Below are positions 7,975 through 17,936 of a DNA stretch of 64,000 nt, piece after piece. A program made the translations under genes and the position numbers. This DNA is from a virus (Duplodnaviria > Caudoviricetes). Position 1 is the stretch's first letter; each line of letters starts with the position of its first letter. Where the stretch lies: IMG/VR virus record IMGVR_UViG_3300026194_000310, positions 6,125 through 70,124 of that record. One strand, 5' to 3'. The notes under the pieces are model-generated. The model saw only the letters and a list, made by a program, of their open reading frames with translations, did not search any database and had not been told where the DNA came from.

Positions 7975-9876
7975 TTATTCTTCTTTGGTTAGCGGCCTGC
8001 AGTTATTAGCCTGCAAGATCTCGTTGCATTCATAAATGGAGTTTTGGTAGTGCGAATTCAGCAGCATTTGATATATTATGTGTTCTTCGGTAGCTCTGAA
8101 TATATTACCAGACTTCCTTATCATATCAGCGCTTAAAACGGGGCTTAACTGCAGGCCTATGCAGACCGCCACGATTGTTCCCAGCTTTGGCTGGTATCTT
8201 TCATCGTTTCTCATGCGCTGTATCGTCCTGGCATTCACCAGTGATTTTTCTTCCAATTTTTCCACGGTAATCTCTAAACGATCCATATGGGCGATGAGCG
8301 TGTCAGAAAAGGTCGCGGGGAGGCCGCGCATAATATTTGCCGTTCGCTTGGCCTCGTTGCTGATTTTCTTTAATTCAACAGCCCTGGCCTCGGTCCGCTG
8401 GTTTTGGGGGGAGCTGCTGTATTTCGCCTCAATTATCGTATCGGATAAAATGTTTCTAAAAAGCACGCATTCCGTATAGTACTTGGCGCCGTATCTGTCA
8501 TTCCGGCGAGCCTTAATATCGAAAATTAGGCAGCACTCATCAATGTGCTGCCTCGCGTAATCGGTCAGTTCCGCGTAACCGCTTTCGTTTTGGCGGATAT
8601 ACTTGGTGTCATTAACGCAAAAGTGGGCGTCAACATAGACATACTTACCCGAGTCAATCAATTGGCGAAAATCCGGGTTCAGAGCATATTCAACAAGGGC
8701 ATCCTGCATCCCAATGGTAAAAGTCTGGTTGTTTTTCAGCGCGGACCGCTCGAAAGTATAATTGGAGATATAATGGTCGTCAACATAAGTGAAAACTCCG
8801 ATGGCCTCTGTGTAACCCAGATCAATCATGCGGATTTTGGCGGCCTGCTTTGACACCTCGAAGAAATCGGATAATTCGAAAACCACGGATTCCATAATGT
8901 CCGCTATGTTATCGGTCTGTAACACACGCTTATTTTTCTCTATGAGTTCTTCTATCTTTTGCCGCGCCTGCTTTAGAGGCATCAGGATTCTTGGCGCTAA
9001 CGCGTTGGCCTGCCATTCCATCCAGTCCAGCGGTGTCCGGTTCTTTTCCGGCCTTATGCCTTCCTGAACCTGGCAGCTTATGGACCGCGCTTCTTTGTTA
9101 TACAGCTTTTCCAGTTCAAAAAACTTTTTGTGGAGGTCCCAGTGAACACACTCATGAATGATTGTATTGTTCATAGATCCCACATTACGCATAAAAAAAA
9201 CGTTCGGGTCAACCAGGATTGTCCCTCTTTTAACCGTTAAAGGCTTGTATTCCCTGGCGTCATCGTCAAAATACTGTATTTCGCAGTCGGAAAAGTACAC
9301 TTGCCCGAAAACAGAACAAGTTTTTGTAATATGTACTTCCTGAACGTCAAGCCCCATTCTTTTGGCGACTTCACGAGAGGGGACGGGCATTGGCTCTGTC
9401 AACGCTTCCGGGTAATATTTGGCCAGAAATTTCTCCGCGACATTATCCAGGTACTCCTTATAGATAATGGGGACTAAATATTCGGACAGGTTATTCTGTT
9501 TACTTCTCCTGCTTTTGCTATATACTTGTATGTCAGATATCCGAAAATCCTGAATTCCGTCTTCCAATTCGGCAGTGCAGGAAACCTGAAACCACTGCTC
9601 TATACCGTCGGTCTCGCGGGTTCTCCTGACCGTTTCCGCTATCTCGACCTCCGCGGATACCACCACGTCAAAGAAAACCCCATCTTCCTCGGATTCGGTA
9701 ATATCTACAAATTGGATTTTAAAATCAGATAACGCGGCTTCATCTGGGCTTTGGACACGGTATGAATTGCTTTCCAGTCGGCTGGGGTTATCTTCAATAA
9801 AGGCCGACAAAGCGTTGAAGATGTCGTTATAGAACATATCTTCGATGACATCCCTGAACGAACTGAGTTTTCCCAT
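7975..9876 (-). CDS. ImmA/IrrE-family metallopeptidase fused to a C-terminal XRE HTH (probable prophage repressor)
   Basis: IIHECVHW HExxH motif, EWQANALAPRILMP, C-terminal VEKLEEKSLVNARTIQRMRN HTH. Confidence 0.8.
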   Translation of the reverse strand: MGKLSSFRDVIEDMFYNDIFNALSAFIEDNPSRLESNSYRVQSPDEAALSDFKIQFVDITESEEDGVFFDVVVSAEVEIAETVRRTRETDGIEQWFQVSCTAELEDGIQDFRISDIQVYSKSRRSKQNNLSEYLVPIIYKEYLDNVAEKFLAKYYPEALTEPMPVPSREVAKRMGLDVQEVHITKTCSVFGQVYFSDCEIQYFDDDAREYKPLTVKRGTILVDPNVFFMRNVGSMNNTIIHECVHWDLHKKFFELEKLYNKEARSISCQVQEGIRPEKNRTPLDWMEWQANALAPRILMPLKQARQKIEELIEKNKRVLQTDNIADIMESVVFELSDFFEVSKQAAKIRMIDLGYTEAIGVFTYVDDHYISNYTFERSALKNNQTFTIGMQDALVEYALNPDFRQLIDSGKYVYVDAHFCVNDTKYIRQNESGYAELTDYARQHIDECCLIFDIKARRNDRYGAKYYTECVLFRNILSDTIIEAKYSSSPQNQRTEARAVELKKISNEAKRTANIMRGLPATFSDTLIAHMDRLEITVEKLEEKSLVNARTIQRMRNDERYQPKLGTIVAVCIGLQLSPVLSADMIRKSGNIFRATEEHIIYQMLLNSHYQNSIYECNEILQANNCRPLTKEE

Positions 9877-10158
9877 TGGCCTACCCCCAACAACAAAAAG
9901 TCAAAACTCCCTTTATTGATCCGGCATGGTTAATTGATTTTTGGTGAGACAGCATTCTGGTACGATTATATAGCATCGGGAATTTCTTCCTTCCTTTTTT
10001 CTAAAATTATACAGATATAATTATAATCCTGCAGGAATCTACATGTCCGCTACCGAAATTTGCTATGGATTATACCGCATTAATTTCAGCGAACGCTGTA
10101 TTTTGTATTGTATAACTGGTATCCCGGGCAGGACGCTGGAGAGGAGTGAAAGACAAAT

Positions 10159-12915
10159 ATGACACCGGAAGCAAAAGCAAGAGAAGTGATTGATAAAAAA
10201 CTTGAACAAGCCGGCTGGCTGCTTCAAGATATGCGGCAGTTTAATCCGCTGGCTGCTTTGGGTGTCGCCGTTAGGGAGTACCCGACCAGCACCGGCCCGG
10301 TTGACTATGCGCTTTTTGTTGGGAAATCCTTGGTTGGTATTGTCGAGGCAAAAGCAAGCGAAAAAGGGGAAACAATCACGACTGTTGAAGAACAGTCCGC
10401 ACGCTATGCCACCAGCAAATTTAAATGGATAAATAGTACCCAGCCAATTCGCTTTGCCTACGAGGCTACCGATATCATTACGCGTTTCACTGATTACGCA
10501 GACGAGAAAGCCCGTTCACGCCAGGTGTTTTCTTTCCACCGGCCCGAAACCCTGTATAAATGGTTAAAAGCACCGGATACCCTGCGCAATAATTTGAAAA
10601 AGCTGCCGCCTTTTGATGCTGCTGGATTTCGCGACTGCCAAACCCGCGCTATAATCAATCTGGAACAGTCTTTTTCCGAGAACAAACCCCGCGCTCTAAT
10701 TCAGATGGCGACTGGAGCTGGTAAGACTTTTACAGCTATCACTGCGGTTTACCGTTTGCTACGCTTTGCCAGGAACAAGCGGGTCCTGTTTCTGGTTGAC
10801 ACGAAAAACCTGGGTGAACAGGCGGAGGAAGAATTCCGGAAGTATAAACCAAATGATGATGTGCGCCTGTTTCCTGAAATCTACAATGTGCGCCGCCTCA
10901 ATTCTTCATATATACCGCAGGATAGCCATGTATGCATCAGCACTATCCAGCGCATGTATTCCATATTACGTGGTGAGGAACTGGATGAGAGTCTGGAGGA
11001 AACATCGCTCAATGAGGTTCAGTTGGTTGGTCGTCCTAAAGAAGTGGCGTATAATGAAAAGTATCCCATCGAATTCTTTGATTTTATCATTATTGATGAA
11101 TGCCATCGCTCCATTTATAATATCTGGCAGCAGGTGCTAGACTATTTCGATGCCTTTCTTATCGGCCTCACCGCCACGCCGGACAAGCGTACCTTTGCTT
11201 TTTTCAATGAAAATGTGGTCAGTGAGTATACCCATGAGCAGGCTGTAATCGACAACGTAAATGTCGGGGGCGACATCTATACCATAGAAACCGACATAAC
11301 GAAAAAAGGTTCCGTGATACTAAAACAAACTATTGAAAAACGCGATCGCTTGACGCGGAAAAAACGCTGGGAACAGCTTGACGAGGACCTGGAGTACAGC
11401 GGTAGCCAGCTTGACCGTGATGTGGTTAACCCCAGCCAGATCCGCACGATCATGAGCACAATCAAAGAAAAGATGCTGACCGATATATTCCCAGGCCGTA
11501 AAGAGATTCCTAAGACACTCATTTTTGCCAAGACAGACAGCCATGCCGATGACATTGTGCAGATTGTCCGTGAGGAATTTGGAGAAGGCAATGATTTCTG
11601 CCGAAAGATAACCTATCAGACCAAAGAAAACCCGAAGTCCCTGCTTTCAGCTTTCCGTAATGATTATTACCCCCGTATCGCGGTGACTGTTGACATGATT
11701 GCCACCGGAACAGACATCAAGCCGGTTGAATGCCTGATCTTTATGCGTGACGTACGGAGCAGGAACTACTTTGAACAGATGAAAGGCCGCGGCACGCGCA
11801 CCCTTTCCAAAGATGATCTGCAGAAAGTAACTCCTTCTGCAACCAGCAACAAAACCCATTATGTCATCATTGACGCGGTAGGTGTAACCAAATCTTTAAA
11901 GACCGATTCCCGCCCATTGGAGCGCAAACCTGCCGTATCCATGCGCGATCTCATGCTGAGCGTGGCGATGGGCAGTCGTGATGAAGATGTGATTACCTCG
12001 CTGGCCAACCGTTTGGCGCGCCTGAACAGCGCCATGACTCCCAGGGAGCGGGAAAATTTTTCTGAGATTTCAGGCGGGATCTCGGTCAGCGCTATTGTAC
12101 AAAATCTTTTGGATGCCTTTGACACCGATGTTATCGAGCAGAAAGCGCGTGAGCAATTCGGCGTTCCTGCAGAAGCAATATTGACATCTGAACAGATGAA
12201 TGAAGTACAGGGAAGATTAATTGATACTGCCGCTCTGCCTTTCAATGTCCCCGAGTTGCGGGATTATCTTGAAAACGTGCGCAAGAACCACGAGCAGGTG
12301 ATTGACAACGTTAACCTGGATACTGTGAATTTTGCCGGATGGGGCGCAGAGCAAGCGCAAAAGGCTGACCGGAGCATTGATACTTTCCGACAGTTTATCA
12401 AGGAAAACAAAGACGAGATTTTAGCCCTGCGCATCATCTACAATCAAAGCTATCAGAACCGTGCTTTGACCCTGGATATGATCAAGGAGCTCCATGAAAA
12501 ACTGATGGCATCCCCGTATGGATTGACGGCAGAACGGCTCTGGGAGAGCTATTATGTAAGGAACCCTGGAGCGGTCAAAGGCAGAAGCTCGGTACGGATG
12601 TTGACCGATATTGTATCGCTCATAAGGTTCGAACTGGGATATGCCAGTCAGCTGGCACCCTATGCCGATACGGTGAATTATAACTTCATGCGCTGGACCC
12701 TGGCAAAGAACGCAGGAAATATCCACTTTACCGAGGAGCAAATGAACTGGTTGCGCATGATTAAAGATCATATTGCAACCTCACTCTCCATTGAGCCGGA
12801 GGATTTGGAACTCTCCCCCTTTGATGAAAAGGGCGGTCTGGGTCGGTTTTATCAGCTGTTCGGCAACGGGTATCTGGATGTGCTCAAAGAAATTAATGAA
12901 GCATTGGTGGCGTAA
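10159..12915 (+). CDS. hsdR: Type I restriction enzyme R subunit
   Basis: PVDY...VEAK nuclease motif, MATGAGKT Walker A, IIIDECH Walker B, GLTATP, QMKGRGTR. Confidence 0.9.
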   Translation: MTPEAKAREVIDKKLEQAGWLLQDMRQFNPLAALGVAVREYPTSTGPVDYALFVGKSLVGIVEAKASEKGETITTVEEQSARYATSKFKWINSTQPIRFAYEATDIITRFTDYADEKARSRQVFSFHRPETLYKWLKAPDTLRNNLKKLPPFDAAGFRDCQTRAIINLEQSFSENKPRALIQMATGAGKTFTAITAVYRLLRFARNKRVLFLVDTKNLGEQAEEEFRKYKPNDDVRLFPEIYNVRRLNSSYIPQDSHVCISTIQRMYSILRGEELDESLEETSLNEVQLVGRPKEVAYNEKYPIEFFDFIIIDECHRSIYNIWQQVLDYFDAFLIGLTATPDKRTFAFFNENVVSEYTHEQAVIDNVNVGGDIYTIETDITKKGSVILKQTIEKRDRLTRKKRWEQLDEDLEYSGSQLDRDVVNPSQIRTIMSTIKEKMLTDIFPGRKEIPKTLIFAKTDSHADDIVQIVREEFGEGNDFCRKITYQTKENPKSLLSAFRNDYYPRIAVTVDMIATGTDIKPVECLIFMRDVRSRNYFEQMKGRGTRTLSKDDLQKVTPSATSNKTHYVIIDAVGVTKSLKTDSRPLERKPAVSMRDLMLSVAMGSRDEDVITSLANRLARLNSAMTPRERENFSEISGGISVSAIVQNLLDAFDTDVIEQKAREQFGVPAEAILTSEQMNEVQGRLIDTAALPFNVPELRDYLENVRKNHEQVIDNVNLDTVNFAGWGAEQAQKADRSIDTFRQFIKENKDEILALRIIYNQSYQNRALTLDMIKELHEKLMASPYGLTAERLWESYYVRNPGAVKGRSSVRMLTDIVSLIRFELGYASQLAPYADTVNYNFMRWTLAKNAGNIHFTEEQMNWLRMIKDHIATSLSIEPEDLELSPFDEKGGLGRFYQLFGNGYLDVLKEINEALVA

Positions 12916-12931
12916 GGAAGGATAAGATATA

Positions 12932-14137
12932 GTGTCAAATAACGGTGTATTAAACAAAAAAACATATGATTCTGTAAAGCTTGGAGAGGTATTAATCTCT
13001 GCCAAAGGTAAAAAGCCAAAATTTGTAGCTTCTGAACCATCAGATGGATGGTTGCCGTATATCAATATTAAAGCTTTTGAACAGCATGTCTTTGATGAAT
13101 ATACAGACGGGGAAAATTGTCTACCATGTGAAGATGGCGATCTACTTATGGTTTGGGATGGTTCTCGTTCAGGAATGGTAGGGAAAGCATATAAGGGTTA
13201 TGTTGGTTCAACTCTTGCAAAAATATCTGTGCCCGGGGTAACAAACGAGTTTTTGTATTATTTTTTGCAGGGCAAATATAGGATACTTAACTCAAAAGTT
13301 AAAGGCACAGGAACTCCACATGTTAACCCGGAAATCCTGGGGAACTTCGATTTTCCTATCATTCCAATGGAAGAACAGCTTCGCATTATTGCCAAAATTG
13401 AGGAGCTCTTTTCCGAATTGGATAAGGGAGTTGAAGCGCTGCAAAAAATGAAGATGCAACTTAAGCTTTACCGGCAGGCAGTGCTTAAGGATGCGTTTGA
13501 TAGATATAAATCTTTTTCAAATATAACTAATTACTTTGATGTATCTGGCGGATTAACTCTAAATTCAAGAAGAAATGTACTTCCAATTAAAATGCCCTAT
13601 TTGAGAGTTGCAAATGTATATTACAATTTTATTGATCTTACGGACATTAAAGAAATCGGTGTAAAAGAAAATGAAATCGATAGGACACTCTTAAAAGAAC
13701 AAGACCTTTTGATTGTTGAAGGCAACGGTAGTAAAGAACAGATTGGCAGGGTTTCTATTTGGAATGGCCAAATCAAACAGTGTTTGCATCAAAATCACAT
13801 TATAAAGGCACGCCCTAATGGCAGTATGCTTTCTAAATTTGCCTTATACTATTTAATGTCAAAAGATGGTCGGAATCAGATCCTTGAAGTTGCTTCTTCA
13901 ACCTCAGGTTTGTACACGCTTAGCATTGGTAAAGTTAAAAATTTACAAGTACCTACATGTTCACTGGAGGAACAAAGAGAGATTATTTCAATAATTGAGA
14001 ATCGGATTTCAGTATGTGAACATATTGAAAAGAGTATTGATGTTGCTGAAATACAGGCTGAAAGCCTGCGCCAAAGCATATTACAGATGGCTTTTGAAGG
14101 AAAACTGGTAACGCATGAGGAGGAAATAAATGTCTGA
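12932..14137 (+). CDS. hsdS: Type I R-M specificity subunit (two TRDs)
   Basis: Two TRD-conserved-region repeats (IPIIPMEEQLRIIAKIEELF; VPTCSLEEQREII...LRQSILQMAFEGKL). Confidence 0.9.
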   Translation: MSNNGVLNKKTYDSVKLGEVLISAKGKKPKFVASEPSDGWLPYINIKAFEQHVFDEYTDGENCLPCEDGDLLMVWDGSRSGMVGKAYKGYVGSTLAKISVPGVTNEFLYYFLQGKYRILNSKVKGTGTPHVNPEILGNFDFPIIPMEEQLRIIAKIEELFSELDKGVEALQKMKMQLKLYRQAVLKDAFDRYKSFSNITNYFDVSGGLTLNSRRNVLPIKMPYLRVANVYYNFIDLTDIKEIGVKENEIDRTLLKEQDLLIVEGNGSKEQIGRVSIWNGQIKQCLHQNHIIKARPNGSMLSKFALYYLMSKDGRNQILEVASSTSGLYTLSIGKVKNLQVPTCSLEEQREIISIIENRISVCEHIEKSIDVAEIQAESLRQSILQMAFEGKLVTHEEEINV

Positions 14138-14693
14138 AAACAATACATCAACAATCATATCCAAGGTTTGGTCCATGTGTGGCGTTCTCTATGATGACGG
14201 CGTTTCCTATGGCGATTATCTGGAGCAGCTTACCTATATGATCTTTCTCAAAATGGCTGATGAGTATTCCCGGCCCCCGTATAACCGCAATCTCGGCATC
14301 CCACAGGGCTATACGTGGGCGGATATGAACAGCCTTTCCGGAGTTGACCTGGAACAGCAATATAAAAGGACGCTGGAGAAGCTAGCGGAGAAACCCGGTA
14401 TCTTAGGCGAAATTTTTACCGGAGCACAGAATAAAATCAGCGAGGCGGCTAAGCTGGCCCGTATCGTCAAAATGATCGATGACGAGAACTGGGTTTCCAT
14501 GTCCACCGATGTCAAAGGGGATATCTATGAGGGCCTGCTTGAGAAAAATGCCGAAGATACAAAGAGTGGAGCCGGACAGTATTTCACCCCCCGTGCGTTG
14601 ATTCAGGCCATGGTAGAATGCCTGCGTCCCGAACCGATGAAAACCATCGCTGAAATTAAGACGCCGTATTTAATACAATTTAAGGTTGCCTGA
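14130..14693 (+). pseudogene. hsdM: Type I R-M methyltransferase, truncated by an insertion at ~14653
   Basis: HsdM N-terminal domain up to GQYFTPRALIQAMVECLRPEPMKTIA; the expected DPxCG motif I and NPPF motif are missing and a foreign 13-aa tail follows. Confidence 0.85.
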
Positions 14694-14698
14694 CCGTA

Positions 14699-14751
14699 AG
14701 GGTTTCGGTTTTGACTTAGGGGTTTCGTTTTAGGCCAGGGGTTTCGTTTTT
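14699..14751 (+). repeat. Three direct repeats AGGG(G)TTTCG(G)TTTT, period 19-20 bp
   Basis: GTTTCG cores at 14702, 14722 and 14741, about 45 bp inside the hsdM junction. Confidence 0.75.
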
Positions 14752-14813
14752 GAATGTATATGTGTCGGTCGAAGATGAGACCGGCGCGTTTTGTATAAAG
14801 AAGAGGTACAGGT

Positions 14814-15002
14814 ATGCCGACAATAACAAAGAAGCAGCTGGCAGATTATGAGCAGCTGTGTAAAGATAGAAATAACGGTCGGATTCTCACGCCGGATGGG
14901 CTTCGGTTTATCTGTGAGGCTTACGATTATGATGCCGAGAAAATAGGAAAACATTTTCTGGAGACTTTGCCGAGGATACTTCAGAAGGAAAATGGAAGGT
15001 GA
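14814..15002 (+). CDS. Hypothetical protein (62 aa), first gene of the cargo operon
   Basis: ORF with a GAGG RBS; its stop overlaps the next start (GTGA). Confidence 0.6.
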   Translation: MPTITKKQLADYEQLCKDRNNGRILTPDGLRFICEAYDYDAEKIGKHFLETLPRILQKENGR

Positions 15003-15586
15003 ACACCATGAGTGAAAGCAAAAAGGATATATCCAAGAAAAAGGATACCTATGTCAAAAAGAAAAAGGACATGAACTTTCAGAGTGTTGAATCTATGCAG
15101 TCTGTCGTTAATGTTGTGAATGAGGCTGCGGAGGCACTAAATGATAAGAATCGCACTATAAGAGAAAGTGCTATTCCAGAAGTGCTGGCCGGTGCGCTGG
15201 GTGCTGGTATTGGTGGAGTGGGTTCCTTTGCAGCGCTTTATGGGCTCGGAGTTGTTGGACTCTCAGCAGCAGGTATTACGTCCGGTTTGGCTACGGCAGG
15301 AGCCCTTGTCGGAGGTGGTATGGTTGCTGGCGTATTTGTGCTCGCTGCTCCGGTAGCCGGTCTCGCTGCTGCAGGCGTTGGTGTTGCCTCTCATCTGAAG
15401 AATAAACAGCTTAGACAGGAAAAAGAGCGTTTATACAAAGAGGCGCTGAAAAAACACGAGGCTATTATTAAGGCTATGAAATCAGAAGCTGATGCAGACA
15501 AGGAACGAATGGATTATCTGCAGAGTCTCAATATTCTGTTACAGCAGGCTATCAAGGATTTGCAACATGATTTAGGAGTTGCATAA
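14999..15586 (+). CDS. Glycine-zipper membrane protein with C-terminal coiled coil
   Basis: About 75-aa Gly/Ala-rich hydrophobic stretch (LAGALGAGIGGVG...AGVGVA) followed by a charged helical tail. Confidence 0.75.
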   Translation: MNTMSESKKDISKKKDTYVKKKKDMNFQSVESMQSVVNVVNEAAEALNDKNRTIRESAIPEVLAGALGAGIGGVGSFAALYGLGVVGLSAAGITSGLATAGALVGGGMVAGVFVLAAPVAGLAAAGVGVASHLKNKQLRQEKERLYKEALKKHEAIIKAMKSEADADKERMDYLQSLNILLQQAIKDLQHDLGVA

Positions 15587-15600
15587 AGTGAGGAGAAGCG

Positions 15601-15999
15601 GTGAGCAAATTCAATTTAAATAAGCTGGCACCCATGCTTGATAAGGCTGGTGACGGTTTGGTAAAGGCGGGGAAAGCAGTCGTTGATGTCGTGAAAGATC
15701 GGAACTTTCAGATAGGCGTTTTGACTGGATTGCCTGCGACAATAAGTGCATTCTTTTTAATCAGAAAATACCAAAAGCAGGCTGAGGAAAAGGAGGAGCT
15801 TTATAAAAAGGCTCTTGCAAAACACAATGCTGTTATAAAGGAACTGGATGCCAAGGCTGAGATGGACAAAGAAAGACAAGATCGGCTTCTTGCTTATGAT
15901 TCCAGATTAAAGAAAGAGATGAGCGGCTTGCAATCAGAGATTCAGGAACTGAAGAATCAGATCGCAGAGCTTGAAAAAAAGAAGGCTGACGATGAGTAA
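15601..15999 (+). CDS. Single-TM coiled-coil protein, partial paralog of the upstream gene
   Basis: IGVLTGLPATISAFFLI hydrophobic segment; shared EKExLYKxALxKHxAxIK...DKER motif. Confidence 0.75.
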   Translation: MSKFNLNKLAPMLDKAGDGLVKAGKAVVDVVKDRNFQIGVLTGLPATISAFFLIRKYQKQAEEKEELYKKALAKHNAVIKELDAKAEMDKERQDRLLAYDSRLKKEMSGLQSEIQELKNQIAELEKKKADDE

Positions 16000-17356
16000 A
16001 TACAAGTATTCTGAAACTGAACAACAGATAAATGATGTTCTAAAATACCAAGATGAGGAGCTTAAGAAGATTAAGGCTACTATGCCTTCAACGACCGAGC
16101 TTGATAAAAGGATTCAGGAAAGTGAAGACTTGCTCCGTATGTTGGGGTATACAGAAATGCCGACGGTACCAAAGCACGATGTAGTAAAAAAGGTAATGGT
16201 GGTACCTTCTTGGGAGCAACTATGCCTTGAAGCGGAAAACTCTGTAGGCACGGGGCATCCGCTTGAATCAATTTTTACAGAAGCAGAGCTGAAGCGCAAC
16301 AGCCAAGAAATCCGGATGCTAAATGCTGAGTATAATCAGTTGCACCATCTGGACAAATATGACATTGCAATCAGTGTTGCAGCTGGTCTGCTTGGAGCGG
16401 CTGTTGATGTTTTGTTGGTAGGCATTCCGCAGAAAACTCCAGATGGGTTAAAAGGTGGGACACTGGCCAACTATGTAAGAGACTGGTTCGATAAGAAATT
16501 TCCTGAAGAGGAAATGGAGAAGTTGGCAAACTCGAAGGTCAGCAAGGTTCCATACGACGCTCAGGATAACCGGAACACTACGCAGTATGTTGACGGGCTT
16601 TCTGCATATTACCATCGCCTGCTTTCTCTTGGTCACGATCCATTGCTTGGATTGATTTTTGGTGTGGCAGATATTCTTACTGGGAGAATGACCACCATTG
16701 ATAAAACCGGAAAGATTGTAGTTCAGGTTATGGAGAATTATGCTGACCGCAAGGAGACAGATGTTTTTGCAGCTATAGCCAAGCAGATCATACATTTCAA
16801 ATCGGATATCACGACATCAATGGGACTACCGGCTCCTATGATGGCACTGTTTAATCTTCTGCAATTTGGGAAAATCGGTGAGTACGAACAGACCATAGCG
16901 GAAATCGTGCAGGGCATGTATTACGAGGGGTATGACTTTATACATTTCTGCACGCTTTCGATTCCGGTAATGATTGTAGAAGTAGTAACCCGGATTGGAT
17001 ATGCCTTCAAGCGCATTAAGGAAGGACATTCTGTAAAAGAGTCAATTCCATTTTCCCTGAACCGCGAAAAGCATCCCAAGCTCGCAACAATGCTGTTTAT
17101 AGGCCACTCGGCTGCAACAGCTGTTAATGCCGGGAAGGTTTATTTTACGCAGAATCCGATGGCAATTAACTATCCGCAGTGGATTGCCTTCGCAAAATAT
17201 TCATATCAACAGTTGAAATGGGTGCTGCTTGACAAGCCAAATGCCAGAGATGCATATGTGCGCGGCATTTTGTATGAAGAACTAAATGAGGTAATTGCTT
17301 CGGTCGATACAACATTTGATGATATGACTGCGGATTACATAGTTGTCTTTGAATAG
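15992..17356 (+). CDS. Hypothetical, probably multi-pass membrane protein (454 aa)
   Basis: Long ORF overlapping the upstream gene; hydrophobic segments IAISVAAGLLGAAVDVLLVGI, LLGLIFGVADIL, FCTLSIPVMIVEVV; YHRLLSLGHDP and HFKSDITTSMGLPAP motifs. Confidence 0.75.
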   Translation: MSKYKYSETEQQINDVLKYQDEELKKIKATMPSTTELDKRIQESEDLLRMLGYTEMPTVPKHDVVKKVMVVPSWEQLCLEAENSVGTGHPLESIFTEAELKRNSQEIRMLNAEYNQLHHLDKYDIAISVAAGLLGAAVDVLLVGIPQKTPDGLKGGTLANYVRDWFDKKFPEEEMEKLANSKVSKVPYDAQDNRNTTQYVDGLSAYYHRLLSLGHDPLLGLIFGVADILTGRMTTIDKTGKIVVQVMENYADRKETDVFAAIAKQIIHFKSDITTSMGLPAPMMALFNLLQFGKIGEYEQTIAEIVQGMYYEGYDFIHFCTLSIPVMIVEVVTRIGYAFKRIKEGHSVKESIPFSLNREKHPKLATMLFIGHSAATAVNAGKVYFTQNPMAINYPQWIAFAKYSYQQLKWVLLDKPNARDAYVRGILYEELNEVIASVDTTFDDMTADYIVVFE

Positions 17357-17368
17357 CGAGTTGATTTT

Positions 17369-17878
17369 ATGGGAATGGGATATGGCTGGGAGTGCCCAGA
17401 TTGTAAATACAGTTTTGGCGCAAATGTTGGTGTTGGTTTTTTATATCCTAAAGTTTATGAGGAAACCATCGAAGCAGCAAAAAACGGAGAGTTTGGTAAT
17501 GAACTCAAGGAGTTATTAAGCGCTCATCCAGATGCCGCGATTGATCCAGAGGTCGTTATTTTGCAATGCTGCGATTGCGGTGAGTATGATTCCAGACCGA
17601 TTTTGAATGCGTATGTACCGAAAGAGGATAAGCAACGACCGCCAAAAGAAAAAGGAAGAAGGTGGTCAGTAGCTTTTCCGTTTGAGGACGCTTCATATGT
17701 AACCAGTTACGACATGCAGGAATATTATGATCTGTATGCGGAGTATGACCACAGATGTGAAAAATGTGGCGGCAAAATGACTGTTGTCCCGGAATCAAGC
17801 TATGAAAAGAAAAATGGCATGATTTGCCCTAAATGCAAAAAGCCACTTAAGTTGGTTGATCTTATTAATTGGGATTAG
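17369..17878 (+). CDS. Hypothetical zinc-binding protein with four CxxC motifs
   Basis: CPDC, CCDC, CEKC and CPKC. Confidence 0.7.
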   Translation: MGMGYGWECPDCKYSFGANVGVGFLYPKVYEETIEAAKNGEFGNELKELLSAHPDAAIDPEVVILQCCDCGEYDSRPILNAYVPKEDKQRPPKEKGRRWSVAFPFEDASYVTSYDMQEYYDLYAEYDHRCEKCGGKMTVVPESSYEKKNGMICPKCKKPLKLVDLINWD

Positions 17879-17887
17879 TTGAAAACG

Positions 17888-17934
17888 AAAAAAGGCTCCC
17901 CAGTCACCGGAGAAATCCAGTGGTGAGGAGCTTT
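17888..17934. terminator. Bidirectional terminator between convergent cargo and recombinase genes
   Basis: AAAAAAGGCTCC...GGAGCTTT hairpin with a GAAA loop. Confidence 0.65.
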
Positions 17935-17936
17935 CC

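Larger units (their letters stand above)
1..14652 (-). mobile_element. Prophage 1 (partial): replication/regulation end plus type I R-M cargo
   Basis: Contiguous minus-strand primase, antirepressor, PolA, DUF2815, DUF2800, sigma-like and ImmA/HTH genes, then a divergent R-M locus; the left end runs off the window and the right boundary is inferred from the hsdM break. Confidence 0.8.

Noticed and set aside
14699-14751. Mini CRISPR array
   Set aside because: Repeats are only 14 bp with 5-6 bp spacers, and there are no cas genes
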